From positions 10,273 through 74,272 of the forward strand of contig DMMZ01000027.1 of NCBI GenBank assembly GCA_003452915.1: a stretch of DNA of 64,000 nt. Direction: 5' to 3'. This DNA is from Clostridiales bacterium (GTDB lineage: Bacteria > Bacillota > Clostridia > Oscillospirales > CAG-382). Both the position numbers and the translations under genes were made by a program. Each line of letters opens with the position of its first letter. The stretch's first letter is position 1. Below are positions 1-8,054 of this stretch, piece after piece. Under the pieces are notes generated by a model that was not told the origin of the DNA, made no database searches, and saw only the letters and a list, made by a program, of their open reading frames with translations.

Positions 1-944
1 ACTATTGCTTTCTTTTTCTTTAGCTTTACACCTAGAAATATAAGCATAGAGCCCATTATTAGAAGTGTAATTACAGGGAATCCGGGAATTATTGACATTG
101 CAAGGAGAACACCGCCGGTAATTAATATTACTATCGGATAAGAAACGATCTGTGTTTTCAAATCCGAGCTTAAATCGTTAACAGAAGCAGCACGGGTAAC
201 TATCATACCTGTTGCGGTTGAAATAAGAAGTGCCGATATTTGTGATACAAGACCGTCACCAACTGTTGATGTTATATAAATCCTAAGCACATCAGAAAAG
301 GAACCGCCACCTTGTACCATACCAATAATAATTCCACCGATGCTGTTTATAAAAACAATAAGAATCGATACTATTGCATCACCCTTGATGAATTTGGTTG
401 CACCGTCCATTGATCCATAAAAGTCAGCCTCACGCTGAATTTTTAAACGTCTTGCTTTTGCTTGTTCGTCATTGATAAGTCCGGAGTTTAAATCGGCGTC
501 AATTGCCATTTGTTTACCAGGCATAGCATCAAGAGTGAAACGTGCAGCTACTTCGGCAACTCTTTCTGCACCTTTGGTAATAACTATAAACTGTACTATA
601 ACTATAATAAGGAAGATAATAAAACCGACTACTGCGTTTCCTCCTATAACATATTCACCGAATGCCTTTATGACATGACCTGCGTAACCTCCGTTACCTA
701 ATATTAGTCTGGTTGAAGAAACATTTAATCCGACTCTTAAAAGTGTTGTTATTAAAAGTATAGAAGGAAATACAGAAAATTCAAGTGCTTCTTTTATATT
801 CATCGTAATAAGCAGAATTCCAAGAGAAATTGCAATATTTATAATGAGCATAACATCAAGAAGAGAAGTATTCAAAGGTATGATTATAAGAAAAATTACG
901 CCTACGATAAACAAGGTAAGCATATTGTCTAATACCTTTTTCAT
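1..944 (-). CDS. flhA: Flagellar export gate protein FlhA, N-terminal membrane domain (partial, continues past window start)
   Basis: Manual translation of the minus strand from ATG at 942-944 gives MKKVLDNMLTLFIVGVIFLIIIPL...FPSILLITTLLRVGLNVSSTRLIL...GGNAVVGFIIFLIIVIVQFIVITKGAERVAEVAARFTLDAMPGKQMAIDADL, the conserved FlhA N-terminus. It lies directly downstream of flhB. AGGAA sits about 10 nt upstream of the start. Confidence 0.9.
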   Translation of the reverse strand, partial: MKKVLDNMLTLFIVGVIFLIIIPLNTSLLDVMLIINIAISLGILLITMNIKEALEFSVFPSILLITTLLRVGLNVSSTRLILGNGGYAGHVIKAFGEYVIGGNAVVGFIIFLIIVIVQFIVITKGAERVAEVAARFTLDAMPGKQMAIDADLNSGLINDEQAKARRLKIQREADFYGSMDGATKFIKGDAIVSILIVFINSIGGIIIGMVQGGGSFSDVLRIYITSTVGDGLVSQISALLISTATGMIVTRAASVNDLSSDLKTQIVSYPIVILITGGVLLAMSIIPGFPVITLLIMGSMLIFLGVKLKKKKAI

Positions 945-952
945 AATTATAA

Positions 953-1088
953 TCGTTCCTTTCGTCGAAGTGCGAAGTTTTGTGCCGGTTCCCCGCACAT
1001 TGCGGATTTTTTGTAGAAGCTAAATTTATACCATTCTGTCCGGTGTAAAAGGCATAAAACTCTTTGTTTGAAAGTCTTCTTTCAGACT
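953..1088 (-). repeat. Structured leader element, copy E (degenerate), flhB-flhA junction; candidate cis-regulatory RNA
   Basis: The sense strand reads GTCTGAAAGaagaCTTTCAAAC..GAGTTTTATGCC..(insert with CCGCAatgtGCGG hairpin)..GGCACAAAACTTCG..CGAAAGGAACG-N11-ATG. It has the same block order as copies A-D but is diverged. Confidence 0.5.
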
Positions 1089-2156
1089 TTACCCCTTTTT
1101 CTTGGATTTTTTCAGCTTATAAATAAATGCAAGTATATCAGCGACCGGTTTGTAAAATTCTTCAGGTATTTGTCTGTCAACCTCAACTGCTGCATAAAGC
1201 CCTCTTGCAAGAGGTACATTCTCGGTTACCTGAACACCGTTTTTTTCTGCAATCTCTATGATTTTAAGAGCAAGATAATCCTTGCCTTTCGCTATAACTA
1301 TCGGAGCTTTATCTTTAGGAGGATTATATTTAAGTGCAATGGCATAATGAGTCGGGTTTTTTATAACAACATCAGCTTGCGGTACTTTTTTCATCATACG
1401 CATTGTTGCCATTTTACGCTGAACATCCTTTATACGGCTTTTTACCTGTGGATCACCTTCGGTTTGCTTGTATTCATCTTTGATTTCCTGCTTTGTCATC
1501 TTAAGTTCTTTTTCATGCTCCCACCATTGATAGAAATAATCAGCGACAGCAAAAATCGCCATGTACATTGCAATTTTTATTGTTATGTCATAAATCGTAT
1601 TACCTATCCAGGACATTGCATCGCTTAATTGCAACGCAGGTAACTGGACAACCTCTGACAATCTGAAATTTATTTGCGAATATAAAACCGATGCTATGAT
1701 TACAACTTTTATAAGTGACTTGAGTAACTCAACCAACGACCTAAGAGTAAATATTTTTTGCATACCGGAAATAGGATTAAGACGCGAAAACTTTGGTTTC
1801 AATTTTTTTACGTTGAAAAGAAACTGTGTCTGTATACCACCTAAGATAAAGGATATTAATCCAATAATTATTCCGATTGGTGCGATAATAATTAATATAT
1901 TTATTACGAACTCAACAATTAAATTCATTGTCACTGTTACTGTTAAGTCGGATAATAATGAAGCTTTACTTATTCCGTCTTTTAAAATACTCTTTATAAA
2001 TAATAGAATAGGTGAAATTATTAATTTAAAAATGAATGTGATTGCGATCAAACCGAGTGCATGAATTACATCCTTACTCTGAAATATATTACCTTTTTTT
2101 CGTTCGTCTTCGCGTTTTTTTGGCGTGGCTTTCTCGGTCTTTCCGCTGTTTGCCAT
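1089..2156 (-). CDS. flhB: Flagellar export switch protein FlhB
   Basis: The ORF track 1089..2252 contains MANSGKTEKATPKKREDERKKGNIFQSKDV...NPTHYAIALKY (FlhB autocleavage NPTH motif). I place the start at the internal ATG 2154-2156 (MANSGK, typical FlhB N-terminus). The 32 upstream codons read through the repeat element. Confidence 0.92.
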   Translation of the reverse strand: MANSGKTEKATPKKREDERKKGNIFQSKDVIHALGLIAITFIFKLIISPILLFIKSILKDGISKASLLSDLTVTVTMNLIVEFVINILIIIAPIGIIIGLISFILGGIQTQFLFNVKKLKPKFSRLNPISGMQKIFTLRSLVELLKSLIKVVIIASVLYSQINFRLSEVVQLPALQLSDAMSWIGNTIYDITIKIAMYMAIFAVADYFYQWWEHEKELKMTKQEIKDEYKQTEGDPQVKSRIKDVQRKMATMRMMKKVPQADVVIKNPTHYAIALKYNPPKDKAPIVIAKGKDYLALKIIEIAEKNGVQVTENVPLARGLYAAVEVDRQIPEEFYKPVADILAFIYKLKKSKKKG

Positions 2157-2163
2157 AATTTGA

Positions 2164-2285
2164 CCATTCCTTACCTCGGCGGTTACGCCGGTAGCGGGAA
2201 TTGTGCCGATTCGGCAGAAGCCGAATTGACTTTCCATTAAAGTCAAAGGCACAAAACCGTAGTTTGAAAGATCTATCTTTCAAAC
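2164..2285 (-). repeat. Structured leader element, copy A, fliR-flhB junction; candidate cis-regulatory RNA ending in the flhB SD
   Basis: Sense strand: GTTTGAAAGatagatCTTTCAAAC tACGGTTTTGTGCC TTTGACTTTaatggAAAGTCAA TTCGGCttctGCCGAA tcGGCACAATTCC cgctaCCGGCGtaacCGCCGAGGTAAGGAATGG. It is near-identical to copy B, and the differences fall in loops or are compensatory. Confidence 0.75.
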
Positions 2286-2294
2286 TTCACATCC

Positions 2295-3074
2295 TTATTC
2301 TGATGAGAGCATAATACTAATCCCTTCTTCTAGTCGCTCAAACATATATGTCATTGACGAATCCAACACTCTGGAAGCTATTGGTAGTGTCAGCAAAACA
2401 ACTAATAATCCAACTGCAAGTTTAACCTGTAATCCTATCGCAAAAATATTTATATGAGGTACTATTCTCATAAGTACTCCAAGTCCTGCTTCTGTTAAAA
2501 ATTCAATTGCTATTACAGGAATAGCCAGTTTTAACGCCAAAATAAGAACGTCACCGAAAAGAAGAACTATATAGCTGCCTACACCAAAATTAAATATATC
2601 GTTACCTAAAGGAAACAGTTCACAGGATCTTGTAACTATTCTTATAAGGGTTAAATGACCATTTGACGCAAAAAACATTAATGTAAAAACAGTGTTATAG
2701 ACAGAACCCGTCAATGCCATTGATACATTGCTCTGTGGATCGTAAACTTTTCCCATTCCAAGACCAAGCTGCATATCAATCGATTCGCCTGCTATTAATG
2801 CAATAGAAACAAACATCTGCATCATCATGCCGATTCCGAATCCTATAAGCATTTCTTTTAAGATAATAAATATGAATTGAAGCATTGAATCAATTTGGGG
2901 ATTGGCCTCGCTCAAAGCAGGGGTAATACCGGCAGCAATTACAATAGCAAGTCCTACTTTTAATATTCCGGGTATGTTTTTTTTACCCATAAAAGGGTTA
3001 AATATAAAAGTGCTCGAGAACCTTGTGATAACTAACAGGAAAAGAATATAATTATTACTTAATTCATTAAACAT
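2295..3074 (-). CDS. fliR: Flagellar export apparatus protein FliR
   Basis: Polytopic membrane protein in the fliP-fliQ-fliR-flhB order. The start is set at ATG 3072-3074 (MFNELSNNY), preceded by GGAGG. The track start at 3086 is a GTG that overlaps that SD. Confidence 0.9.
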   Translation of the reverse strand: MFNELSNNYILFLLVITRFSSTFIFNPFMGKKNIPGILKVGLAIVIAAGITPALSEANPQIDSMLQFIFIILKEMLIGFGIGMMMQMFVSIALIAGESIDMQLGLGMGKVYDPQSNVSMALTGSVYNTVFTLMFFASNGHLTLIRIVTRSCELFPLGNDIFNFGVGSYIVLLFGDVLILALKLAIPVIAIEFLTEAGLGVLMRIVPHINIFAIGLQVKLAVGLLVVLLTLPIASRVLDSSMTYMFERLEEGISIMLSSE

Positions 3075-3167
3075 ATTAACCTCCACGCCCTGCAGGGTAC
3101 AAATTGTAATGCAAAATTAGTGGAGGTACGTAATGATGTACTTCTGTTTTTTGTATTTTTCATGCTA

Positions 3168-3434
3168 CTAATACATTCCGTTTATATGTTCGAATATTCT
3201 ATGTGTATACTCAATCAAAATCGAAAAAATCCAAGAACCCAATAATATTAATATCAAACCAACCGCGATGATTTTTAATATAAAAGCAATGCTTTGTTCC
3301 TGTATTTGAGTCGCTGCTTGTACTATTGAAATGGCCAAGCCGATTACCGCAGTAACTGCTAGAAAAGGAGCGGCGATGAGCAGCATTGTCATTATTGCAT
3401 CTTTAATTATATATGTAATATCCGTCTGTGACAT
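3168..3434 (-). CDS. fliQ: Flagellar export apparatus protein FliQ
   Basis: 88-aa two-TM protein (LLIAAPFLAVTAVIGLAISIVQAATQIQEQSIAF) located between fliP and fliR. Confidence 0.9.
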   Translation of the reverse strand: MSQTDITYIIKDAIMTMLLIAAPFLAVTAVIGLAISIVQAATQIQEQSIAFILKIIAVGLILILLGSWIFSILIEYTHRIFEHINGMY

Positions 3435-3460
3435 CTGCTCACTCCTTGCTTTATTTCTAA

Positions 3461-4225
3461 CTAGTTAAATCCGGAAATCAATGTTTGAAAGGTAAGCTGC
3501 CAACCGTTTACCAAAACGAAAAGCATTAACTTGAACGGAAGGCTTATCATTGTCGGCGGCAACATAACCATACCCATAGACATCAATGTACTTGCTACAA
3601 CCATATCTATTATGAGAAAAGGAAGGTAAAGTAAAAAACCTATAATAAAAGCTCTTTTTAATTCACTTGTTATAAATGCGGGGATAACAACCAATGTAGA
3701 TACTTCGTCAAGACTCTCCGGTCGAGGTGAATTATTAACATCGAGAAAAAAATTTAAATCTTCTTCTTTTGTTTGCCTTAACATAAATTCTCTAAGAGGA
3801 ACAATTGCGTTATCAAGCGCTTGTTGTTGTGTTATTTCACCGTTTTTATATGGTGTATAGGCTTGTTCATTTACATCCTGAATAACAGGTGACATTATAA
3901 ATAGCGATAAAAAAATTGCTATACCGACAAGTACCTGATTCGGTGGTGTCTGCTGAAGCCCGATTGCGTTACGCAGAATAGATAATACAATAATTATTCG
4001 TGTAAAGCAGGTAGTCATTATGAGAATTGATGGTATAAGAGCAATAATTGTCAGTGAATAAATTATTCCTAACGTATCGGTGTTGCCCAATAAACCGGAA
4101 ATACCCGAAATATCTTTTGATAATTCTGTAGTACTTTCTTCTGCTGCGGCAGGTATCGACATTATGTAAAATAAAACAACAATTAAGGTGGAAAAAAAGA
4201 GAATCTTCTTCTTGTGCTTTTTCAT
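3461..4225 (-). CDS. fliP: Flagellar export apparatus protein FliP
   Basis: Signal-peptide-like N-terminus followed by conserved FliP blocks ([29 protein letters not shown]...[28 protein letters not shown]). Confidence 0.93.
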   Translation of the reverse strand: MKKHKKKILFFSTLIVVLFYIMSIPAAAEESTTELSKDISGISGLLGNTDTLGIIYSLTIIALIPSILIMTTCFTRIIIVLSILRNAIGLQQTPPNQVLVGIAIFLSLFIMSPVIQDVNEQAYTPYKNGEITQQQALDNAIVPLREFMLRQTKEEDLNFFLDVNNSPRPESLDEVSTLVVIPAFITSELKRAFIIGFLLYLPFLIIDMVVASTLMSMGMVMLPPTMISLPFKLMLFVLVNGWQLTFQTLISGFN

Positions 4226-4581
4226 TCGTCTTTTTTATCCCTCCCTTTAGGAACATCGTCATGTTTATTCATAAAAGATTTTAATATACTCATAAAGTCG
4301 GTTGATGGTCCGGTTGTCTTGTAATTATCAATTATCTCAGGAGGTAGTTCGGTTAAAAGTTCGGTTTTCCCGCTTGAGATAGACATCAGATAAATTTTTG
4401 TGTCTACCTTTACAATGGCAATAAATGCATCTTTACTTAGCATTACCCTTTCGATAACCTTTATAATTTTCCCGCTTGAAAATGAATTCTGCTTTTTTGC
4501 TATCCATTTTGTCGCATAATAAGCGCCGAAAATCATAAGAACAACTATTAGCATTGGGAAGATAATCTCCAGGGTAATCAT
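4222..4581 (-). CDS. fliO: FliO/FliZ-type small flagellar biosynthesis protein
   Basis: 119 aa with a single N-terminal TM helix. It overlaps the fliP start by 4 nt and sits in the conserved position upstream of fliP. Confidence 0.7.
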   Translation of the reverse strand: MITLEIIFPMLIVVLMIFGAYYATKWIAKKQNSFSSGKIIKVIERVMLSKDAFIAIVKVDTKIYLMSISSGKTELLTELPPEIIDNYKTTGPSTDFMSILKSFMNKHDDVPKGRDKKDE

Positions 4582-4593
4582 GTAGAACTCCTT

Positions 4594-5697
4594 TTATTTT
4601 TTATCGTTTAAAACCTTTGTTATTCTTACACCGAAATAATCGTCTACTACAACTACGTCACCTTTTGCAATAAGCTGTCCGTTTACAATCACATCAACCG
4701 GATCACCTGCCTGCTTGTCCAGTTCAATTATTGAGCCTTTCGTAATATTAAGAACATCCTTAACCATTTTTTTTGCATGTCCTATCTCAACCGTCACGTT
4801 TACTTCAACACCCATGACAAGGTCAAGATTAAGTTGATCCGGAGAGTTATTCTCTGATTCGTCTTCGTCAAAGTTATCAAATTGGACAGGCTGTACATTT
4901 ACATTTTTTTTATGTTCTTTTGGTCTTTGCGGGGGGGCACCTCCTCTTCTGTTCGATTGTTGTGATTTTACATTTGAAGAAGGAGTAGCTTCGTTTGCAT
5001 AAATCGGTCGAGGTATCTGAGTATGTCCTATTAAATTACCGTAGTCGGCTTGAACTTTATTTTCATCTGAACCTGAGCCATCCATATTCATTGCATTACT
5101 AACCATTTCTTTTACAAAAGATATTGGAAGTACTGTTACAAACTGGCTGTCAATAAGTCCGTCAATAACAAATTTAAAGCTAACGGTCGCAATAGAATCT
5201 CCGACTTCTGCTGAGAAAAAGCTCTCATAAAAAGCATTCGGTTCAATAATTTTTGGTGGTGAAATGTTAATGCTTTTATCAAAGAAAGTCGCAAGTGCTG
5301 TACTAGCTGAACCCATCATTTGATTCATAACCTCACCGAGCGCGCTGTTATGCATTTCATCAAGCTCAGAACTGTTAACACCTATATCGCTTTCGCCTAA
5401 AAGACTACTGACAATCTTTTTTACATCATCAATACTCATAATTAAAAGGTTAGCTCCGTTAAAACCTTCTATATAGTTTATTTCAACACCTATAACAGGC
5501 TCTAATCTTCCATAATCAAAGTTGTCTTTTTTTATGAGCTGTACAACCGGTGTTGTAATACTTACCTGTCTGTTTAGCATTACCGATATAGCAGTAGCAG
5601 CAGCACCCATACTTATGTTTAAGATCTCACCAATTGTATCGACCTCAATATGCGTCAAATCTGCATTTGCATTTAAATTATCAACGCTTGCGTTCAT
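4594..5697 (-). CDS. fliY: Flagellar motor switch protein FliY (CheC-like N-domain + FliN C-domain)
   Basis: The N-terminus DTIGEILNISMGAAATAIS is CheC/FliY-like. The C-terminus LDLVMGVEVNVTVEIGHAKKMVKDVLNITKGSIIELDKQAGDPVDVIVNGQLIAKGDVVVVDDYFGVRI is a FliN/SpoA domain. Confidence 0.88.
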   Translation of the reverse strand: MNASVDNLNANADLTHIEVDTIGEILNISMGAAATAISVMLNRQVSITTPVVQLIKKDNFDYGRLEPVIGVEINYIEGFNGANLLIMSIDDVKKIVSSLLGESDIGVNSSELDEMHNSALGEVMNQMMGSASTALATFFDKSINISPPKIIEPNAFYESFFSAEVGDSIATVSFKFVIDGLIDSQFVTVLPISFVKEMVSNAMNMDGSGSDENKVQADYGNLIGHTQIPRPIYANEATPSSNVKSQQSNRRGGAPPQRPKEHKKNVNVQPVQFDNFDEDESENNSPDQLNLDLVMGVEVNVTVEIGHAKKMVKDVLNITKGSIIELDKQAGDPVDVIVNGQLIAKGDVVVVDDYFGVRITKVLNDKK

Positions 5698-5699
5698 AC

Positions 5700-6677
5700 C
5701 TAAAACCCACCTTTGTAATATTTGCTGAACCTTATTGCTTTACTCGATTTTTTTACACCCGGCTCTCCCCAGAACCATTTATTATTATTTATTGTTACAA
5801 GGACAGGGTTACCAACCTTTTGTTCTAGTTTTATAACATCACCGGACTGTAAATTCATTAAATCTTTAAGCGATAGTTTTGCAGTGCCAATTATACCACA
5901 AACATCGACAAGTGAATTACTTAGCTCCTCTAACATTGCGTTTCTAACTTCATCGGTAGTAATATTATTGTTTAATTTATCTTCGTTTTTTACAACACTC
6001 ATAATCATTGCTTCAACATATGTATAAGGAATACAAGCAGTTATTGTACCTTTTATAGAACCGATTGTTACACTATAAACAATTACTTCCACAACTTCTT
6101 CTATACGTATTGCTTTAATAAATCGCGTACTGGTTTCAATATTCCTAAGCGTAACATTTGTATTGGGTAAGTTTACCAGTGCTTCTTGAATAAACATGCA
6201 CATTTTTTTAAATACCCTTTCCATTAATGCTACTTCAATCTCTGTAAATTCTCTGTTTGGTATTATTGTTGTGTCTACACTTCCGCCTAACATTCTTTCT
6301 ATAAGTGTATAAGTTATTGAATTAGACATATCAAGTAAAATCGAGCCGTTTATTGAATCAATATCAACAACTGCGGTCATAAGGACATCGGGTAGAGAAT
6401 TATTGTATTCGTAATAAGGGTGTTCATCAATGGAATCTACATTTATCTCACAGTAATTTCTGAGTACCCCGGCAAAATAAGCAGCAAGATGCCTGCCAAT
6501 AACATCAGTTAAACTTGACAATGCCTTGTTTTGTTCTCTTGACATCTTCTTCGGGCTTTTAAAGTCATAGTTTTTTATACTATGATCTTCCAAGTCCGAT
6601 GATACTTTGTCAATCTTAACACCGGCAAGCTCATTTAACAAATCATCTATTTGGCTTTGTGATAATATTTCTGCCAT
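5700..6677 (-). CDS. fliM: Flagellar motor switch protein FliM
   Basis: The N-terminal LSQSQIDDLL is a CheY-P binding-type motif. The protein is 325 aa and the gene lies upstream of fliY. Confidence 0.9.
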   Translation of the reverse strand: MAEILSQSQIDDLLNELAGVKIDKVSSDLEDHSIKNYDFKSPKKMSREQNKALSSLTDVIGRHLAAYFAGVLRNYCEINVDSIDEHPYYEYNNSLPDVLMTAVVDIDSINGSILLDMSNSITYTLIERMLGGSVDTTIIPNREFTEIEVALMERVFKKMCMFIQEALVNLPNTNVTLRNIETSTRFIKAIRIEEVVEVIVYSVTIGSIKGTITACIPYTYVEAMIMSVVKNEDKLNNNITTDEVRNAMLEELSNSLVDVCGIIGTAKLSLKDLMNLQSGDVIKLEQKVGNPVLVTINNNKWFWGEPGVKKSSKAIRFSKYYKGGF

Positions 6678-6712
6678 TTGCCGCTCAACCTCTTTTGCTC
6701 AATCTTATAAAT

Positions 6713-6958
6713 TTAATCTACTTGTGGTTTTTCCACAACCTCTGGTTTGTTCCTGTGTTTACGAATAAAAGAACAATTGGCATAAAACATCATCTTAAAT
6801 TCATGTATCTTTGCTATAACTTCCGCTGCTGTCTCTTGAGCATAATGCTTTTTTCCAGTAGTCATAGTAATAAGTGTATCTGGCATCTCTTCAATAATTT
6901 CTATAAGCTCACAGTTTAAATAAAACTTTTCGTTATTAAGTTTTGTTAATTGAATCAT
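6713..6958 (-). CDS. flbD: FlbD/SwrD-family small flagellar protein
   Basis: MIQLTKLNNEKFYLNCELIEIIEEMPDTLITMTTGKKHYAQETAAEVIAKIHEFK matches the FlbD pattern. The start is set at ATG 6956-6958. The 41 upstream codons of the track ORF are read-through of repeat copy B. Confidence 0.85.
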   Translation of the reverse strand: MIQLTKLNNEKFYLNCELIEIIEEMPDTLITMTTGKKHYAQETAAEVIAKIHEFKMMFYANCSFIRKHRNKPEVVEKPQVD

Positions 6959-6966
6959 ATATATGA

Positions 6967-7090
6967 CCATTCCTTTCCTCGGCGGTTTACCGCCGAAAGC
7001 GGGAATTGTGCCGATTCGGCGATAGCCGAATTGACTTTCCAATAAAGTCAAAGGCACAAAACCGTAGTTTGAAAGATTCATCTTTCAAAC
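6967..7090 (-). repeat. Structured leader element, copy B, flgE-flbD junction; candidate cis-regulatory RNA ending in the flbD SD
   Basis: Sense strand: GTTTGAAAGatgaatCTTTCAAAC tACGGTTTTGTGCC TTTGACTTTattggAAAGTCAA TTCGGCtatcGCCGAA tcGGCACAATTCC cgCTTTCGGCGGtaaaCCGCCGAGGAAAGGAATGG. Confidence 0.75.
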
Positions 7091-7154
7091 TTTACCATTT
7101 CTTTCCCCGGAATTTATACCGGAAGCAGTCTAATAATTTTTATATTGTTTTTAT

Positions 7155-7973
7155 TTATCTTTTAAGATTAACAAGCTCTTCGAGAACCTGATCAGAGGTT
7201 GTTATAACTCTTGAGTTTGCCTGAAAGCCTCTCTGTGCAACTATCATATCAGTGAATTCTTTTGTCAGGTCGACGTTAGACATTTCAAGACCACCGGAAA
7301 CCAATGATCCCGCTATACTGCTGCCGGGAGGTGTGAAAACAGGTGTGCCAGAACTGTTTGTCTGCGTATAACTTACATTTCCTTCTTGAGTTAACGCGTC
7401 CGGATTTGAGAAGGTTGCAAGCATAACTTGCCCAAGATTATCTATCTGTAATGTCATCGAATTTGTACCTGTTATTCTGCCGTCACCTGAAATGGATATT
7501 CCTGTATATAGATCAAAACCAGGAATTGTTATTCTATCAAGGCCCCATCCCATTGATGAATACCCGATTACAAAATTACCGTTGGAATCAATAAGAGTTC
7601 CATCCGAATTAAATTTAAAACTTCCTACTCTGGTATATAACTGTTGTCCTGTGGTATCCTGAACAGTAAAATAACCTTCACCCGATATATACATATCCAA
7701 TGTACTTGAGGTTTGCTGGTAACCGCTTCTTGTAGTAATTACGTCGATTGATGCAACTGATGCACCATAACCAATCTGCATTGCTGCTGAGCCGCCCGAT
7801 GTTGCTGTGGGTGCGCTTTCTGCTGAAAGTGTCTGGTAATATAAATCCTTGAATAGAACTCTGCTGGACTTGAATCCTACGGTATTTACGTTTGCTATAT
7901 TATTACCGATTACGTCAAGCATGGTCTGGTGACCTCTTAAACCTGTTACTGCCGAATACATTGATTTTATCAT
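7155..7973 (-). CDS. flgE: Flagellar hook protein FlgE (short, Bacillus-like form)
   Basis: N-terminus MIKSMYSAVTGLRGHQTMLDVIGNNIANVNTVGFK and C-terminus GGLEMSNVDLTKEFTDMIVAQRGFQANSRVITTSDQVLEELVNL, the flagellar rod/hook signatures. The start is at ATG 7971-7973, 9 nt after GGAGG. Confidence 0.85.
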   Translation of the reverse strand: MIKSMYSAVTGLRGHQTMLDVIGNNIANVNTVGFKSSRVLFKDLYYQTLSAESAPTATSGGSAAMQIGYGASVASIDVITTRSGYQQTSSTLDMYISGEGYFTVQDTTGQQLYTRVGSFKFNSDGTLIDSNGNFVIGYSSMGWGLDRITIPGFDLYTGISISGDGRITGTNSMTLQIDNLGQVMLATFSNPDALTQEGNVSYTQTNSSGTPVFTPPGSSIAGSLVSGGLEMSNVDLTKEFTDMIVAQRGFQANSRVITTSDQVLEELVNLKR

Positions 7974-8054
7974 TAATATTGACCTCCGTTTATTTTTTAT
8001 TTCCGCTTTAGGCTTCTCTGTCATTCAAAGCCTGATAGCCCCCGTTAGGTCCGG

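Noticed and set aside
1068-2064. Plus-strand ORFs 1068..1628 and 1696..2064. Similar antisense ORFs occur at 9072..9512, 11427..11804, 14087..14455, 14660..14998, 37475..37945, 38435..38812, 48623..49180, 53338..53865 and 55974..56699.
   Set aside because: They are shadow ORFs opposite well-supported genes. They are low-complexity, lack an RBS and show no family resemblance.
2157-2252. N-terminal extension of the flhB ORF (MPLTLMESQFGFCRIGTIPATGVTAEVRNGQI...), and likewise 6959..7081 for flbD and 22275..22289 for the ABC ATPase.
   Set aside because: These codons are read-through of the repeated leader element. The shared peptide VPLTL.ESQFG..RIGTIPA simply reflects shared nucleotides. Canonical N-termini (MANSGK, MIQLTKL, MVNLKN) begin at internal ATGs with proper SD spacing.
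2089-2283. 64-aa ORF (minus strand) overlapping the flhB start and leader copy A.
   Set aside because: It is Arg/Lys-rich and out of frame with flhB. It lies inside a structured repeat and has no RBS.
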